DNA of 64,000 nt from Selaginella moellendorffii (lineage: Eukaryota; Plantae; Lycopodiophyta), in contig NW_003314343.1 in assembly GCF_000143415.4 (NCBI RefSeq), positions 434,813 through 498,812 on the forward strand, in the 5' to 3' direction. The stretch's first letter is position 1. Every line of letters begins with the position of its first letter. Below are positions 38,040 through 50,405 of the stretch, piece by piece. A model generated the notes under the pieces. That model made no database searches. It was not told the DNA's origin and saw nothing but the letters and a program-made list of their open reading frames with translations. A program made the translations under genes and the position numbers.

Positions 38040-39500
38040 TTCCTATTGTTCCACGCTCTTGCTCTTAGTTGGGGCCGAGCATAGGTAATGGGAGAAGGTA
38101 GTCATTTTTGGAGGCAGTTGTTGCTGCAAGATAGGGACTTGAGAGTGGGCATGAGCTCCCTGTTCCTCAACTGGATTGTTCTGCCAATGCAAAGCTCCTG
38201 TAACAAAGCCAACTTAGTACATGTTTCCTTCTAACTGGATGCCTACCAGTAAGAACTCCAAATGAGGTGTCTTCTCTAGGTACTGTGCAAGTGCATCTCC
38301 AAGGTACGAAAGTGAAATGTTGCAGACAACAGCACTGATCACAGAGATGTCTACGGCCTCCACGCATTTCTGAATCAGCAGCAGTTCGTTCAACCGGAGT
38401 GCCAGCATCAGTGCTCGTGAATAACGCTTGCTTTCCAGCGCATCATTGATTGCCTACACAAAAGGCAACGAAAAGCTTCACATCCAGTGTGCTCGTAAAC
38501 ACCAATCGTACCTCTGGTTCGACATCCACTGGGATCAAAAACAAGGTTGTCCATTGAGTAGGCTTTCCGTTGTTGCCGCTGCTGCCAGTTGGAGATATCC
38601 TGACGCACTTGGTGCACATAATTGGCCCCGCAGCGTCCTGTGCCAACTTGCCTCTAACTTGATCATCGACACTGAGTTATCAATCAGAACTCCTGTCTCT
38701 GGACTTCCTAAACTCGAAGAGAATGACGGCAGCAGGTCCTATACCATCCAATGAATAGTTGTGAGATATCTGAAGCCTTCGTAGCAAAGCCTGCACAGAC
38801 GATATCTCGCAAGCATGAAAGCCAAGCGAGCTTGTGCGTGATACCTGGTCCGTGGCATCGTACATGCAAATGTACTTGCTGGTTCCTCCAGCAAGCAGTA
38901 GGCTGCCGTCGTGTAACGCATTTGCCCGAGCTCGAGTTAGCGGCCGTTCTTCTATCGCTCATCAATCTCCCTTCTGCAACCTCATGCCTGCCTTCTATTG
39001 TGCCCATTAGCACTCCGTCAATCTGGTCCCAGAAGTGGATCTGACCATCAAGTGTTGAGCAGCCCAGTTGCTTTCCATCCGGGCAGTAAACCACGATGAG
39101 CACGTCATGCGTATGGGTGAAATTTTCAACCCTGCCCTTGCCTTCAAACACATCCACAGGCGCACGGTTTTGTCCTGTGACGAGGAAGCCAAGAACTCCT
39201 GTCAAGATGTGTTAGAAAGTGGAAAGGATTGTTGCGTAGGAGTACGCACGTCTGTAGGAGAAGAGGCCAAACCATGAACCGGTCCCTCGTGACCACTGAG
39301 GACACGCTGCTTTCATGGACCAAACGTATATCTAGCAAGAGCAGTAAAGCTTGAAATGAATTGAGAAAAGGAGAGCGAGTAGAAAGAGACAAGATACCTG
39401 GAATGCGTGTTCCAGCACAGATGATCTCTCCACTTTGGTCTGCAGCCAATGACACAAACTGGGCCTGGTGACGGTTTGATAGCGCATCAGATCCCATGCA
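38040..39500 (-). pseudogene. PWP2: PWP2 C-terminal half, intron-containing and frameshifted
   Basis: Reads QFVSLAADQSGEIICAGT, PDGKQLGCSTLDGQIHFWD, GRLMSDRRTAANSSSGK, LLRRLQISHNYSLDG and LEKTPHLEFLL. Confidence 0.9.
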
Positions 39501-39999
39501 CGCATAGTACCATCGAGAACATTGTGGCCCTACGTGAGCCTCATGGGTACTCTCCCCAAACCCGAAACCCTAAACCCCAAAACCTAAACCTTAAACCAAA
39601 ACCCTAAACCCTAAACCCTAAACCTGCATGGGAGATGGAAGCTTTTGAGCCCCTAGTGACACAGCACACCATCCTAGGTGCAAACCCACTCTTAGTGCTC
39701 TCGGTGAAGAAGAAGATGCCATTAACAACATTGCGGTGCCTAAAGAGCTCGCCTGGCCTATGAAAACCCTCACCTCAGAGTGAGGATTTCATATCCCACC
39801 GTCAAGTGCTCATTGAGCAGCAATTGGCAATGGTAAAACAGCGATTGCAAGAGTTGTTGAGGTAGTTGCCGCCACTGATGCCACCCCTACAACAGCAGCA
39901 GCAACAGTCGCCACCACCGCCTCCTCCGTCCCCGGCCCTACCGCTCTCAACAGTGGCGCCAACAGGTTGAAGCAGTTGCCGCCGCTGATGCCACCCCTG

Positions 40000-42900
40000 T
40001 GTAAGGAACCAACTCGCCGAGGGGTCGTAGGCTAAAGGAACCCCGAAAGCATGACCAAAATGACAAAGAGTTCATCGGATGGGACCAAGTCGAAGATCGA
40101 GTCCAAGACCGACTCTAGGACCGAGTTCGAGATAGAGTCCGGAATCGAGTCCGAGACCGACTCGGGGACCGAGTTCGAGTCCGAGTTTGAGACCGAGTTC
40201 GAGACGGAGTCCGAGATCCGAAATCGGGTCCGAGACCGAGTCCGAGGTCGAGTCTGAGGTCGGGTCCGAGATCAGGTCCGAGATCGAGTCCGAACCCGAA
40301 TCCGAAGTCGGATCCGAAATCGGGTCCGAGATCGAGCCAGAGACTAAGTCCAAATACTAATACGGGTCAAGGGGTGAAAGCCCAAAGCGTGCGTCTCCCA
40401 GGGGGGGGGGGGGGGCTGCAGGGGGTTCCAAAAGTATAGTAGGGATAGTGAGGTCCAGGAACCAGTTTTGAAGGGAACTCTCCAGTTGGGCTTCCAAACC
40501 GACTTGAGGTTGGGACTGGAACCGAGGGGCCTTGGGTGGGAGTGAGCATGGACTTGGCTGGTGCCGGAGGGGCCATTCAAGGAAGTGCTCAAGAGCAGCT
40601 CCCACTCCCGAAAGGGAAACCGATTGCGGTGCTCCCGGCTCATGTGGAGTGGTGCCCCACTTGAGTACCATGCGGCTCATTGGTCCTCGCCCTTCTTAGG
40701 GGCTTGGGCCTTCCTTCGGGATGGAAGTGGGGGGCGAGAGGTACCCATACCGGGCCGTTAGGCCATGGTGTTTCGCCCCGGCGTCCCGAAGCAAGTGTTG
40801 CACTCAAGACTTGGGATTTAGAGGGTCCCATGATCAAGTCTTGTGGTACCAAGGGATGTTAGGAACCTGGAAGCTTGGTGTGCTTGGCTGCTTGTGCTTG
40901 CGGGGAGTGTAGCCGAACCTTAAGTCCAGTCTAACCCGGGGAGGGGGATTGGGAGTGATTTGGGAATCCGTGGAAGGATGGCTAACACTCCGTTGCTCGT
41001 GCAGTGAGTAGCTGAAACCAAGTAGGAGCTGGTACCATAGGCGAGAACCTTGGCAAGGGAACTTAGCAAAAGCCAAGGCAGTGTTGGACGGATAGACGAG
41101 GTAAGCTGGCAAATTGGAAAGGAAAAATTTGTGGCTTACAATTTGGTATCGGAGCCTTTACCTCAGTTCTAGCGAAGGATAGAGGCGGATTGCTGGGAGA
41201 TGGCAAGGGCAGGGCGTAAGCGAACCCAGGCGGAGACGGAACCTCCGCCAGAGCTGGAGCCTCCGGTCGAACAAGAGGCTATGGATGAGGAATCCTTGCA
41301 TGAGGAGGACTCCAGTGAGGAAACCTCCAAACAGGAGTCCGGTGGCGAGGTTCGGTCGTCCAAGGCTCGATTGGACGTGCTAGAAGGACAGTTGGCACAG
41401 ACCAATGCCCTGCTGGAAACTCTCGTACGCAAGCTAAAGCGTGACGAGAGGCGGAAGAAAAAGAAAAAGACTGCAGATGCTGGCAGCGCAGAAGGTGCGG
41501 ATCTTTCGGCCGGGACTGAGGCAAAACCAGACAAGGTCGAACAGACCGAAGTGGAATCAGTCCCTCAGGCAGTTCCCAAGTACAAACCAAAGCCCCCACC
41601 GGTCTTCAAGGGAGTGAATGACTATAAGGTGGTGGAGGATTGGTTTTACGATATGGAGGACTACTTCCGAGCGCTGCGGTTACCAAGCTCGGAGAAGGTC
41701 CCATGTGCAAAACCATACTTGGCAGATAATGCCAAGTCTTGGTGGAGAACAACGGAGGCCAACGAAGGACCGGTGGTCACTTGGGACATGATGAAGGCGA
41801 GGATCCGCGCAACATATGTTCCTCCGAATGCCACTCTGCATCTGAGGGATGAACTGAGTAGGCTGAAACAGACAGGAACCATCCAGGAATATGTGAATGG
41901 GTTCATGGCAAAGAGGATACTTGTCACGGACATGGGGGATATGGATGCGTTCCATGCCTTCATATCAGGTTTGCAAACCTGGGCTCGCGGTGAGGTGATG
42001 AGGTGGAACCCGACCAACTACAAGGAAGCGTTGGATGCGGCCATCAAGGTGCATTTCAACGATAACCTGCGAAAGGGGAACACGACGGGGTCGGGATCCA
42101 CATTTAGCAAAGGGGCCAAACCAAGGGGAACGTATAGCAAGGGGAAATTCAAAAGGAGTTTCTCTAAGAATGAGTCCTCGGGGTTCCGGAAAGGCAAATC
42201 CGGTGGCCAGCGAGCGAGTACGTGGGGGAGTCAAGCGAAAAAGGACAAACCCACGGATAAGAAGGTCAAGTCGTATAGCAGCGTGGGAAACAACGTATGC
42301 TACAACTGCGGCGAAGCGGGACACTTCTCGAGGGAATGTCCCTACCCGAAGAAGGCCAGAGCCAATATGGCCATCAAGTCGGGTGAAGTCCAAACTGAGG
42401 TATGTGATCCAGTCCCTAACTCAAAGTTACTCATTACACGAGCAACTTTGGTAGAGAGTCGTTCGCGACATCTACTAGCCCTCCGAGGGAAGCTTGGAGG
42501 TAGCTTTGTTAAGATCCTTATTGACACGGGTGCTTCGGATAATTTTGTGGCTGCAGACATAGTCCGGCAAGCCAGACTAACGGTGCAGCGGCTAGGCGAA
42601 CCAAGGACTATAGAGTTTGTTCAGGGTAGCCAAAGCACCGATGAGGTACTTCGACAAGCGAGAGTCGAAGTGGGGACATGGAAAGTGGACATGGATTTCA
42701 CCGTCTTGGACATGGCGGGATTTGACGTGATCTTCAGAATGGATTGGTTTAATCGGTTCGTGGTAGCCCTGCATGGACAAGGTAGGAACCTTGTGGTATT
42801 GGCGAATGCCCAAGGAAGAAGATCTAGGGTGGAGGCCCAGGATCTAAAGGTAGGGCAAAGCAAGGCCAAAGAGTCATGCTTGAACCTGGTGTCCACGAGA

Positions 42901-45900
42901 GGACAACTCACTAAAGGAACTAAGGCAGCCTTTTTGTGCTTACTCTCGGTGAAGAGTGACAAAAAGACAAGAACGGAAGAAGTGCCTTTAGTGATCCAGC
43001 GAGTGTTGGACCAATTCCAGGATACCATGCCGGAGGAGCTACCGGCGGGGTTGCCCCCCGCACGACCGATAGAACATAAGATTGAGCTTGTCGAGGGCGC
43101 TGAGGCGGTGGTTCGTCCCCCCTATCATTCGAACGAAAAAGAACTCAAGGAGCTCAAGTGCCAACTAGAGGAGTTGGTGGGCAAAGGGTATGTTAGGTTG
43201 AGCAAGTCGCCGTATGGGGCGCCGGTATTATTTGTGAAAAAGAAAGATGGATCTATGCGCATGTGCATAGATTACCGGTTGCTCAACAAGTATACCAAGA
43301 AGAACAAGTACCCGTTGCCAAGGATTGAGGACCTGTTCGATAGGTTGGGAAAGGCAAAATACTTCTCGAGGATTGACCTAAGGTTAGGATACTACCAGAT
43401 CAGGGTAGCCGAGGAAGATGTCGAGAAGACAACCTGTCGAACGAGGTATGGGAGCTTTGAGTTTTTGGTGATGCCCTTTGGGCTGTGCAATGCGCCGGCA
43501 ATGTTTTCGGCGTTGATGAACCACATCTTTGTACCCTATCTGGATCACTTTGTGGTCGTCTATATTGACGACATCCTGATCTATAGCGAGACGCTAGAGG
43601 AGCATGCCGAACACTTGGCGAAGGTGTTTGAGAAACTAAGGGAACATAAACTGTATGCTAAAGAGAGCAAATGTGACTTTGCTCAGCAAGAGGTAAAGTT
43701 TCTCGGGCATGTGGTGGGCCAGGACAGGCTCAAGGTGGACCCGGAGAAGGTCCAAGCGATCCAGGAATGGGAGCGACCATCGAATGTACATGAGTTGAGG
43801 GCGTTCTTGGGGCTATGCAACTACTATCGAAAGTTTATCAGACACTATTCGAGAGTAGCCCTGCCCTTAACGGATCAAACGGGAAAAGGGAAGATGGTAT
43901 GGACAGCGGAATGCGAGGCGGCATTCGTCCACCTCAAAGGGAAGTTGAGGAAGGCTCCGGTGTTGGCATTACCGGACTTTGGTAAGGACTTTGAGGTAGA
44001 CACGGATGCTTCGGACTTTGCGTTAGGCGCAGTTTTGAAGCAAGACAACCATCCAGTAGCGTTCTTCTCGAAGAAGCTGGACAAGGCTCAACGGAAGTGG
44101 CCTGCCCACGAGAAGGAATTGTTTGCGGTGGTCAAGGCGCTCAAGGAGTGGCGACACTACCTTGGGAGACACTTCAAGGTTTACATGGACAATGTGGCAA
44201 CGAAACACTTCTTGTCACAACTCGACCTGAGAGGGAAACAAGGTCGGTGGGCCAATGCCTTGGCCGAGTTTGATTGCGAGATTCTGTATAAGCCTGGGAA
44301 GAGCAACATCGTGGCAGATGCGCTAAGTCGAAAAGCGAGCTTGAGGTTGGCGATCTCCAGCGCAACAGCAACCTTCTGGGACGATGTGCGGACAGCATAT
44401 GAGAACGATGGTCTATCACAAGAAGTGTTGTTGAGGAATCTGGAGGCACGGGAAGCTCACCAGAGAGGTGAGCCGCCAACGGAAGAGAAAACGGGCTATG
44501 CGGAACGCAATGGACTCATTTATTACAAGCAAACGAGGGTGTATGTTCCAGAAGGTGGACTAAGGAAGGTAGCCTTAGAAGAGTGTCATGACGGACCTCT
44601 TGCGGGACACGGCGGAGTGCCCAAGACGATGGGCTTACTCAAGAGGAAGTACCATTGGCCAGATATGGCTAAGGACGTCCAAGACTATGTAAAGACATGT
44701 CCAACATGTCAGCAGGTCAAAGCCGTGTCTAAGGCTAGTGGGGGCTTGTTGCAAAGCATCCCAATTCCAGATCGTCCGTGGAAATGTCTCACGATGGACT
44801 TCATCACGGGACTACCCCCAAGCGAGGGGTTCGATGCGATATTCGTGGTGGTGGATCGATTTTCGAAGATGGCACATTTCATACCCACCACAACGGAGGT
44901 GGATGCGGAAGGTGTGGCGAAACTGTTCTTCGAACAAGTGGTTCGAGTGCGGGGAAGGCCAAAGGAGATTATCTCAGATCGAGATAAGATCTTCACTAGT
45001 AGGTTCTGGAGGACCCTCCTAGAACAGTATCGCACCAAGTTGAAATTCAGCACAGCCTATCACCCACAGACAGGTATGGGGTATTAAGTCAAGTTTGGTG
45101 GTCCTAACACTTCTTGACAGACGGACAAACGGAAAGGGTGAATAGGCAGCTGGAGGATTATTTGCGATGCTATGTCTCGCGAGACCAGACCGATTGGGTA
45201 AGTCATTTGGGACTTGCGGAAATGTGTTATAACAACTCACCACATTCGAGTATCGGGGTGAGTCCATGGGAAGTCATCAATGGGCGAGCTATTGAAGGTC
45301 CTGTGGAACTCGGCGTGGCCGAGTATCATGGAGAGTTACCCGCAGGGGAGGCATTCACGGCGGAAAGACTCAACATTTGGAATCTAGTGAGGGATTCCTT
45401 GGAACGGGCTCAACAAAGGCAAACCAAGTACGCGAACCTAAAGCACCGGGATGTAGAGTTCCAAGCTGGGGAGAAGGTGTGGTTGAACACCAAGAACCTT
45501 AGGCTACCAAGTGGGATCAGCTGAAAGTTGACCCAAAGGTAAAAATGCATATATTCCTGTAAATGAATTGATCTTGAGTTCCTTAAGCAGGTTCGCGGGG
45601 CCTTACGAGATTGAGGCACGAATCGGTAAAGTGGCTTACCGACTCCGACTTCCTCGAGAGATGGGGAACCTGCACCCAGTGTTCCATGTGAACTTACTCA
45701 AGCCGTACTTTGAGGATCCGCTTCGCAAGGACCAAGTAAGACCTTTACCTGAGGTTATCCAAGGGGAAGAGGAATACGAAGTCGAGGCCATCCTCAATGC
45801 GCGCAAGAGCAAGCAACAAGGACGCGAGGTGAGAGAGTTCCATGTGAAGTGGAAAGGATTTCCACACTGCGAAGCAACATGGGAACCGGAGGAGAACCTA

Positions 45901-47526
45901 GCGAACGCGCGAGATCTAGTGGAGGAATTTCTGCAAGGCAGAACTCTATGTACTTATGCAAAGTTCAATTAAAAATATCAATTTGCAAAGTTGAGCAAGT
46001 GGCATATGTTGGGACCCGAAGGCGCGCCGAAGGTGAGCTAATTAGCATGGGTTAGCTAGGTCGACCAGGCGTAGGGAGCTACGCCCGACTCCCTGCGGGG
46101 ATGTCGAATCCGTAGACGTATTCTACGGAGGTTGGGTTCGAGTCCCAACCCCCTAGTAAAGCAAGGCTGGGTTCAAGTCCCGACCCTATACTAGGGCGTG
46201 GTGAGGTGAGGAGTATAGGGACACCTATATTCCGTTGTCATGGGCTCCTTGCCGGGGAGGCTAACTTAGGCACACCGCTAAGTGGGGGGATGCCCCCGGA
46301 GACATGGTCAACAAGTCGTAGGATAAAATGAGACGTTCGATGTGGGCATCGAACTTCTTCTATGGGTGGTGGAGTTGTAAGGAACCAACTCGCCGAGGGG
46401 TCGTAGGCTAAAGGAACCCCGAAAGCATGACCAAAATGACAAAGAGTTCATCGGATGGGACCAAGTTGAAGATCGAGTCCAAGACCGACTCTAGGACCGA
46501 GTTCGAGATAGAGTCCGGAATCGAGTCCGAGACCGACTCGGGGACCGAGTTCGAGTCCGAGTTCGAGACCGAGTTCGAGACGGAGTCCGAGATCCGAAAT
46601 CGGGTCCGAGACCGAGTCCGAGGTCGAGTCCGAGGTCGGGTCCGAGATCGGGTCCGAGATCGAGTCCGTGATCGAGTCCGAACCCGAATCCGAAGTCGGA
46701 TCCGAAATCGGGTCCGAGATCGAGCCAGAGACTAAGTCCAAATACTAATACGGGTCAAGGGGTGAAAGCCCAAAGCGTGCGTCTCCCAGGGGGGGGGGGG
46801 GTTGCAGGGGGTTCCAAAAGTATAGTAGGGATAGTGAGGTCCAGGAACCAGTTTTGAAGGGAACTCTCCAGTTGGGCTTCCAAACCGACTTGAGGTTGGG
46901 ACTGGAACCGAGGGGCCTTGGGTGGGAGTGAGCATGGACTTGGCTGGTGCCGGAGGGGCCATTCAAGGAAGTGCTCAAGAGCAGCTCCCACTCCCGAAAG
47001 GGAAACCGATTGCGGTGCTCCCGGCTCAAGTGGAGTGGTGCCCCACTTGAGTACCATGCGGCTCATTGGTCCTCGCCCTTCCTAGGGGCTTGGGCCTTCC
47101 TTCGGGATGGAAGTGGGGGGTGAGAGGTACCCATACCGGGCCGTTAGGCCACGGTGTTTCGCCCCGGCGTCCCGAAGCAAGTGTTGCACTCAAGACTTGG
47201 GATTTAGAGGGTCCCATGATCAAGTCTTGTGGTACCAAGGGATGTTAGGAACCTGGAAGCTTAGTGTGCTTGGCTGCTTGTGCTTGCGGGGAGTGTAGCC
47301 GAACCTTAAGTCCAGTCTAACCCGGGGAGGGGGATTGGGAGTGATTTGGGAATCCGTGGAAGGATGGCTAACACTCCGTTGCTCGTGCAGTGAGTAGCTG
47401 AAACCAAGTAGGAGCTGGTACCATAGGCGAGAACCTTGGCAAGGGAACTTAGCAAAAGCCAAGGTAGTGTTGGACGGATAGACGAGGTAAGCTGGCAAAT
47501 TGGAAAGGAAAAATTTGTGGCTTACA
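40000..47526 (+). mobile_element. Full-length Ty3/gypsy chromovirus LTR retrotransposon
   Basis: LTRs at 40000-41140 and 46376-47526 (TG...CA, nearly identical). PBS tggtatcggagcc at 41144-41156 (tRNA-iMet type). PPT at 46362-46375. 5-bp TSD ccctg/ccttg with one mismatch. Confidence 0.97.
41200..45972 (+). CDS. Gag-Pol polyprotein (Gag, CCHC knuckle, PR, RT, RNase H, IN, chromodomain); exons 41200-45073, 45121-45538, 45591-45972; premature TGA at 45522 in this copy
   Basis: Contains [37 protein letters not shown] and TMDFITGLP. Splicing restores [13 protein letters not shown] and KLTQRFAGPY. Chromodomain YEVEAIL...VKWKGF...TWEP. Confidence 0.92.
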
Positions 47527-50405
47527 CCTTGCAGCAGCAGCAGCCACCGCCGCTACTGCCTCCTCCGTCTCCGGCCCATCCGCTCTCAATGGTGCCGCCA
47601 CTGCTGCTGCTAGTCTTGGCGGAGGTTCGCTGGCTTGTTAAGGAGGCCATGGGCGAGGGTTTAGGGTTTCCACAATTGCCACCATTGCCACAACCACCAC
47701 AACCATCGCCACCGTCGTCACCACGACCACTATGACCATCGGCACCATTGCCACCATCCTTATCACCACCACCACTGCAAGGGATGGGGACTATCACCAA
47801 CATGATCAATGGATTGGTATCATCATTATTGTTCCTACTGTGTCCAACACAGTAGGATTGTATATCATACTCCGAAAGATGAAAGTATGGAATCAAGTGT
47901 GTGTGTATGTGTGTGTGTGTGTGTGAGATTGTCTAACTTAGAGTGCAGATTGCTACTACGACGACCACTGATCAGCAGCCCTAGCTTTGATCTAGCTGCA
48001 ATCTTCTGTTTTCTAAATCTTCATCTAATCACTGTGGCTCTTGTGGATGCTCAAAACCTTGGTTAGGCCAACGCTCCCAACAGCGTAGTTCAGGGTGGTC
48101 ATGCCACTTTGCACAAGGCTTTGGTGGATCGCTCAAGAGCTTCGACTTGAGTGCAAGTGTCGAGAACCGGTTTTTAGAATGTGAGATAGACTGTCAACCT
48201 CGCAGCGCTTGTAACTAGAGCAAGCCAAGATTGTGATGCGAGCAAGCTTCCACCATGCTCACCACACAATCCCTGAGATGGCGGAACACGGTTGTGAGTG
48301 CCTTCATGATGGTCACCTCCCTTGGCCTAAGCCTTGAACAAAAGAAGTGTTGCCCCTTGGTGCCATTTGGACTTTGGAACAACACTTCAGAACACTGTAG
48401 CCATACGTGAGCCTCATGGGTACTCTCCCCAAACCCTAAACCTTAAACCCTAAACCCCAAACCCTGAACCCTAAACCCTAATCCCTAAACTGTAAACCCT
48501 AAACCTGCATGGGAGATGGAAGCTTTTGAGCCCCCAGTGACACAGCACACCCTAAACCCTAAACCCTAAACCATTGACAACGTTGTAGTGCCTAGAGAGC
48601 TCGCTTGGCTTGTGAAAACCCTCACCAAGTCCTTGCAGCCGCTGATGATCGAATGTCTGCCAGGGCTTCAGTCGAGGCAAGTGATCATGTCCTAGATGCT
48701 GGAGAGCAGCTGGAACGCCATGATCTCCTGTGGCACCCAAGCATTCCACCAGCAGGAGCAGAGGTGAAAGCATTGCAAAGGGGAATCGAGCTAATTAATC
48801 GCTCTCAACAGTGCCACCATTGCTGCCGCTGGTCTTGGCGGAGGTTCGCTAGCTTGTTAAGGGGGCCATGGGTGAGAACATGTGTCCAATGGTTGAGGAG
48901 CCGTCCATGGCTGAGGAGAGCATGCTGGGTGAGGAGACACGATTGCCACCACTGCCACAACCACCACGACTGTCGCCACCGTCATCACCACGACCACCAT
49001 GACCACTGGCACCATTGCCACCATCCTAAACCCTAAACCCTAAACCTACATGAGAGAGCAAGCTTTAGTGACGTAGCATGCCATCCTAGGTGCAGACCCG
49101 CTCTTAGTGCTCTCGGTGAAGAAGAAGACACCATTGACAACGTTGCAGTGCGCAGAGAGCTCACCTGGCCTGTGAAAACCCTCACTAAGTCCTTGCAGCC
49201 GCAGATGATCCAATTGCTGCCGGGGCTCCAGTCGAGGCAAGTGATCGTGTCCTAGATGCTGGAGAGCAGCTGGAATGCCATGAACTCCTTGCAGCACCCG
49301 GGCGTTCCACCAGCTGGAGCAGAGGCAGAAGCATTGCAAAGGGGAATCGAGCTAAAGTCCTATTAATTAAGGCTTTTGGGATGGATCTAGCAAAGCGGTG
49401 AGAGATCATGAATCTTCTTATTCTCCTCCTGCTACTATTTCCTCCTCTATTTTAGAGTGAGGATTTCATATCCCACCGTTATGCGCTAATTGAGCAGCGA
49501 TTGACAATGGTAGAAGAGCAATTGCAAGAGCTATTGAAGAAGATGCCGCCACTGATGCCACCCTTACAATAGAAGCAGAAGTAGCAGCAGCTGCTGCCGC
49601 AGCCTCCTTCGTCCCTAGCCTTGCCGCTCTCAACGGTGCCGCCATTGCTGCCGCTGGTCTTGGAGGAGGTTCACCCGCTTGTTAAGGAGGCCATGGGCGA
49701 GAAGATGTGTCCAATGGTTGAGGAGCCATCCATGGCTGAGGAGAGCATGCTGGGTGAGGAGACACGATTGCCACCACTGCCACAACCACCACGACTATCG
49801 CCACCGTCATCACCACGACCACCATGACCATCGGCATCATTGCCACCATCCTCACCACCACCACCACCACAAGGGATGGGGACCATCACCAGCATGATTA
49901 GTGGATTGGTATCATCATTGTTGGTCCTACTATGTCCAGTATAGTAGGAATGTCTATCATACTCCGAAAGATGAAAGTATGTAATCAAGTGTGTGTGTGT
50001 GTTTGAGATTGTCTAACTTAGAGTGCAGGTTGCTCCGTCTACGACCACTGATCAGCAGCCCTAGCCTTGATCCAGCTACAATCTTCTGTTTTGTGAATCT
50101 TCATCTAATCACCGTGGCTCTTGTGCCTTTGTTGAGACTGTAAGCTCTTGTGGATGCTCAAAACATTGGCCAAGCCAACGCTCCCAATAGCGTAGTTCAA
50201 GGTGGTCATGCCACATTGCACAAGGCTCTGGTGGATCGCTCTAGAGCTTCAACCTAAGCACAAGCATCGAGAACAATCCCGAGAGTTAGATAGAATGTCA
50301 GCCTCGTAGCACTGGTAACTAGAGCAAGCCAAGATTGTGATACAAGCAAGCTTCCACCATGCTCACCACACAATCCCTGAGATGGCAAAACATGCTGTGA
50401 GCGCT

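Noticed and set aside
39554-39624. True chromosome end
   Set aside because: All telomeric tracts are short (under ~80 bp), degenerate and internal.
40051-41112. Asp/Ser/Glu-rich ORFs in the LTRs
   Set aside because: They are by-products of the 6/12-bp minisatellite and their ends vary between copies.
45074-45120. Ribosomal frameshift or simple mutation as the cause of the integrase breaks
   Set aside because: Extra sequence with GT-AG ends must be removed exactly to restore the conserved motifs, and it is shared by two copies.
45938-45990. Further GC-AG intron after the chromodomain
   Set aside because: The segment is AT-rich and intron-sized, but the donor is weak and there is no conserved downstream motif to test it against.
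46130-46185. tRNA gene
   Set aside because: Only T-arm-like hairpins are present; no acceptor, D or anticodon arms could be built.
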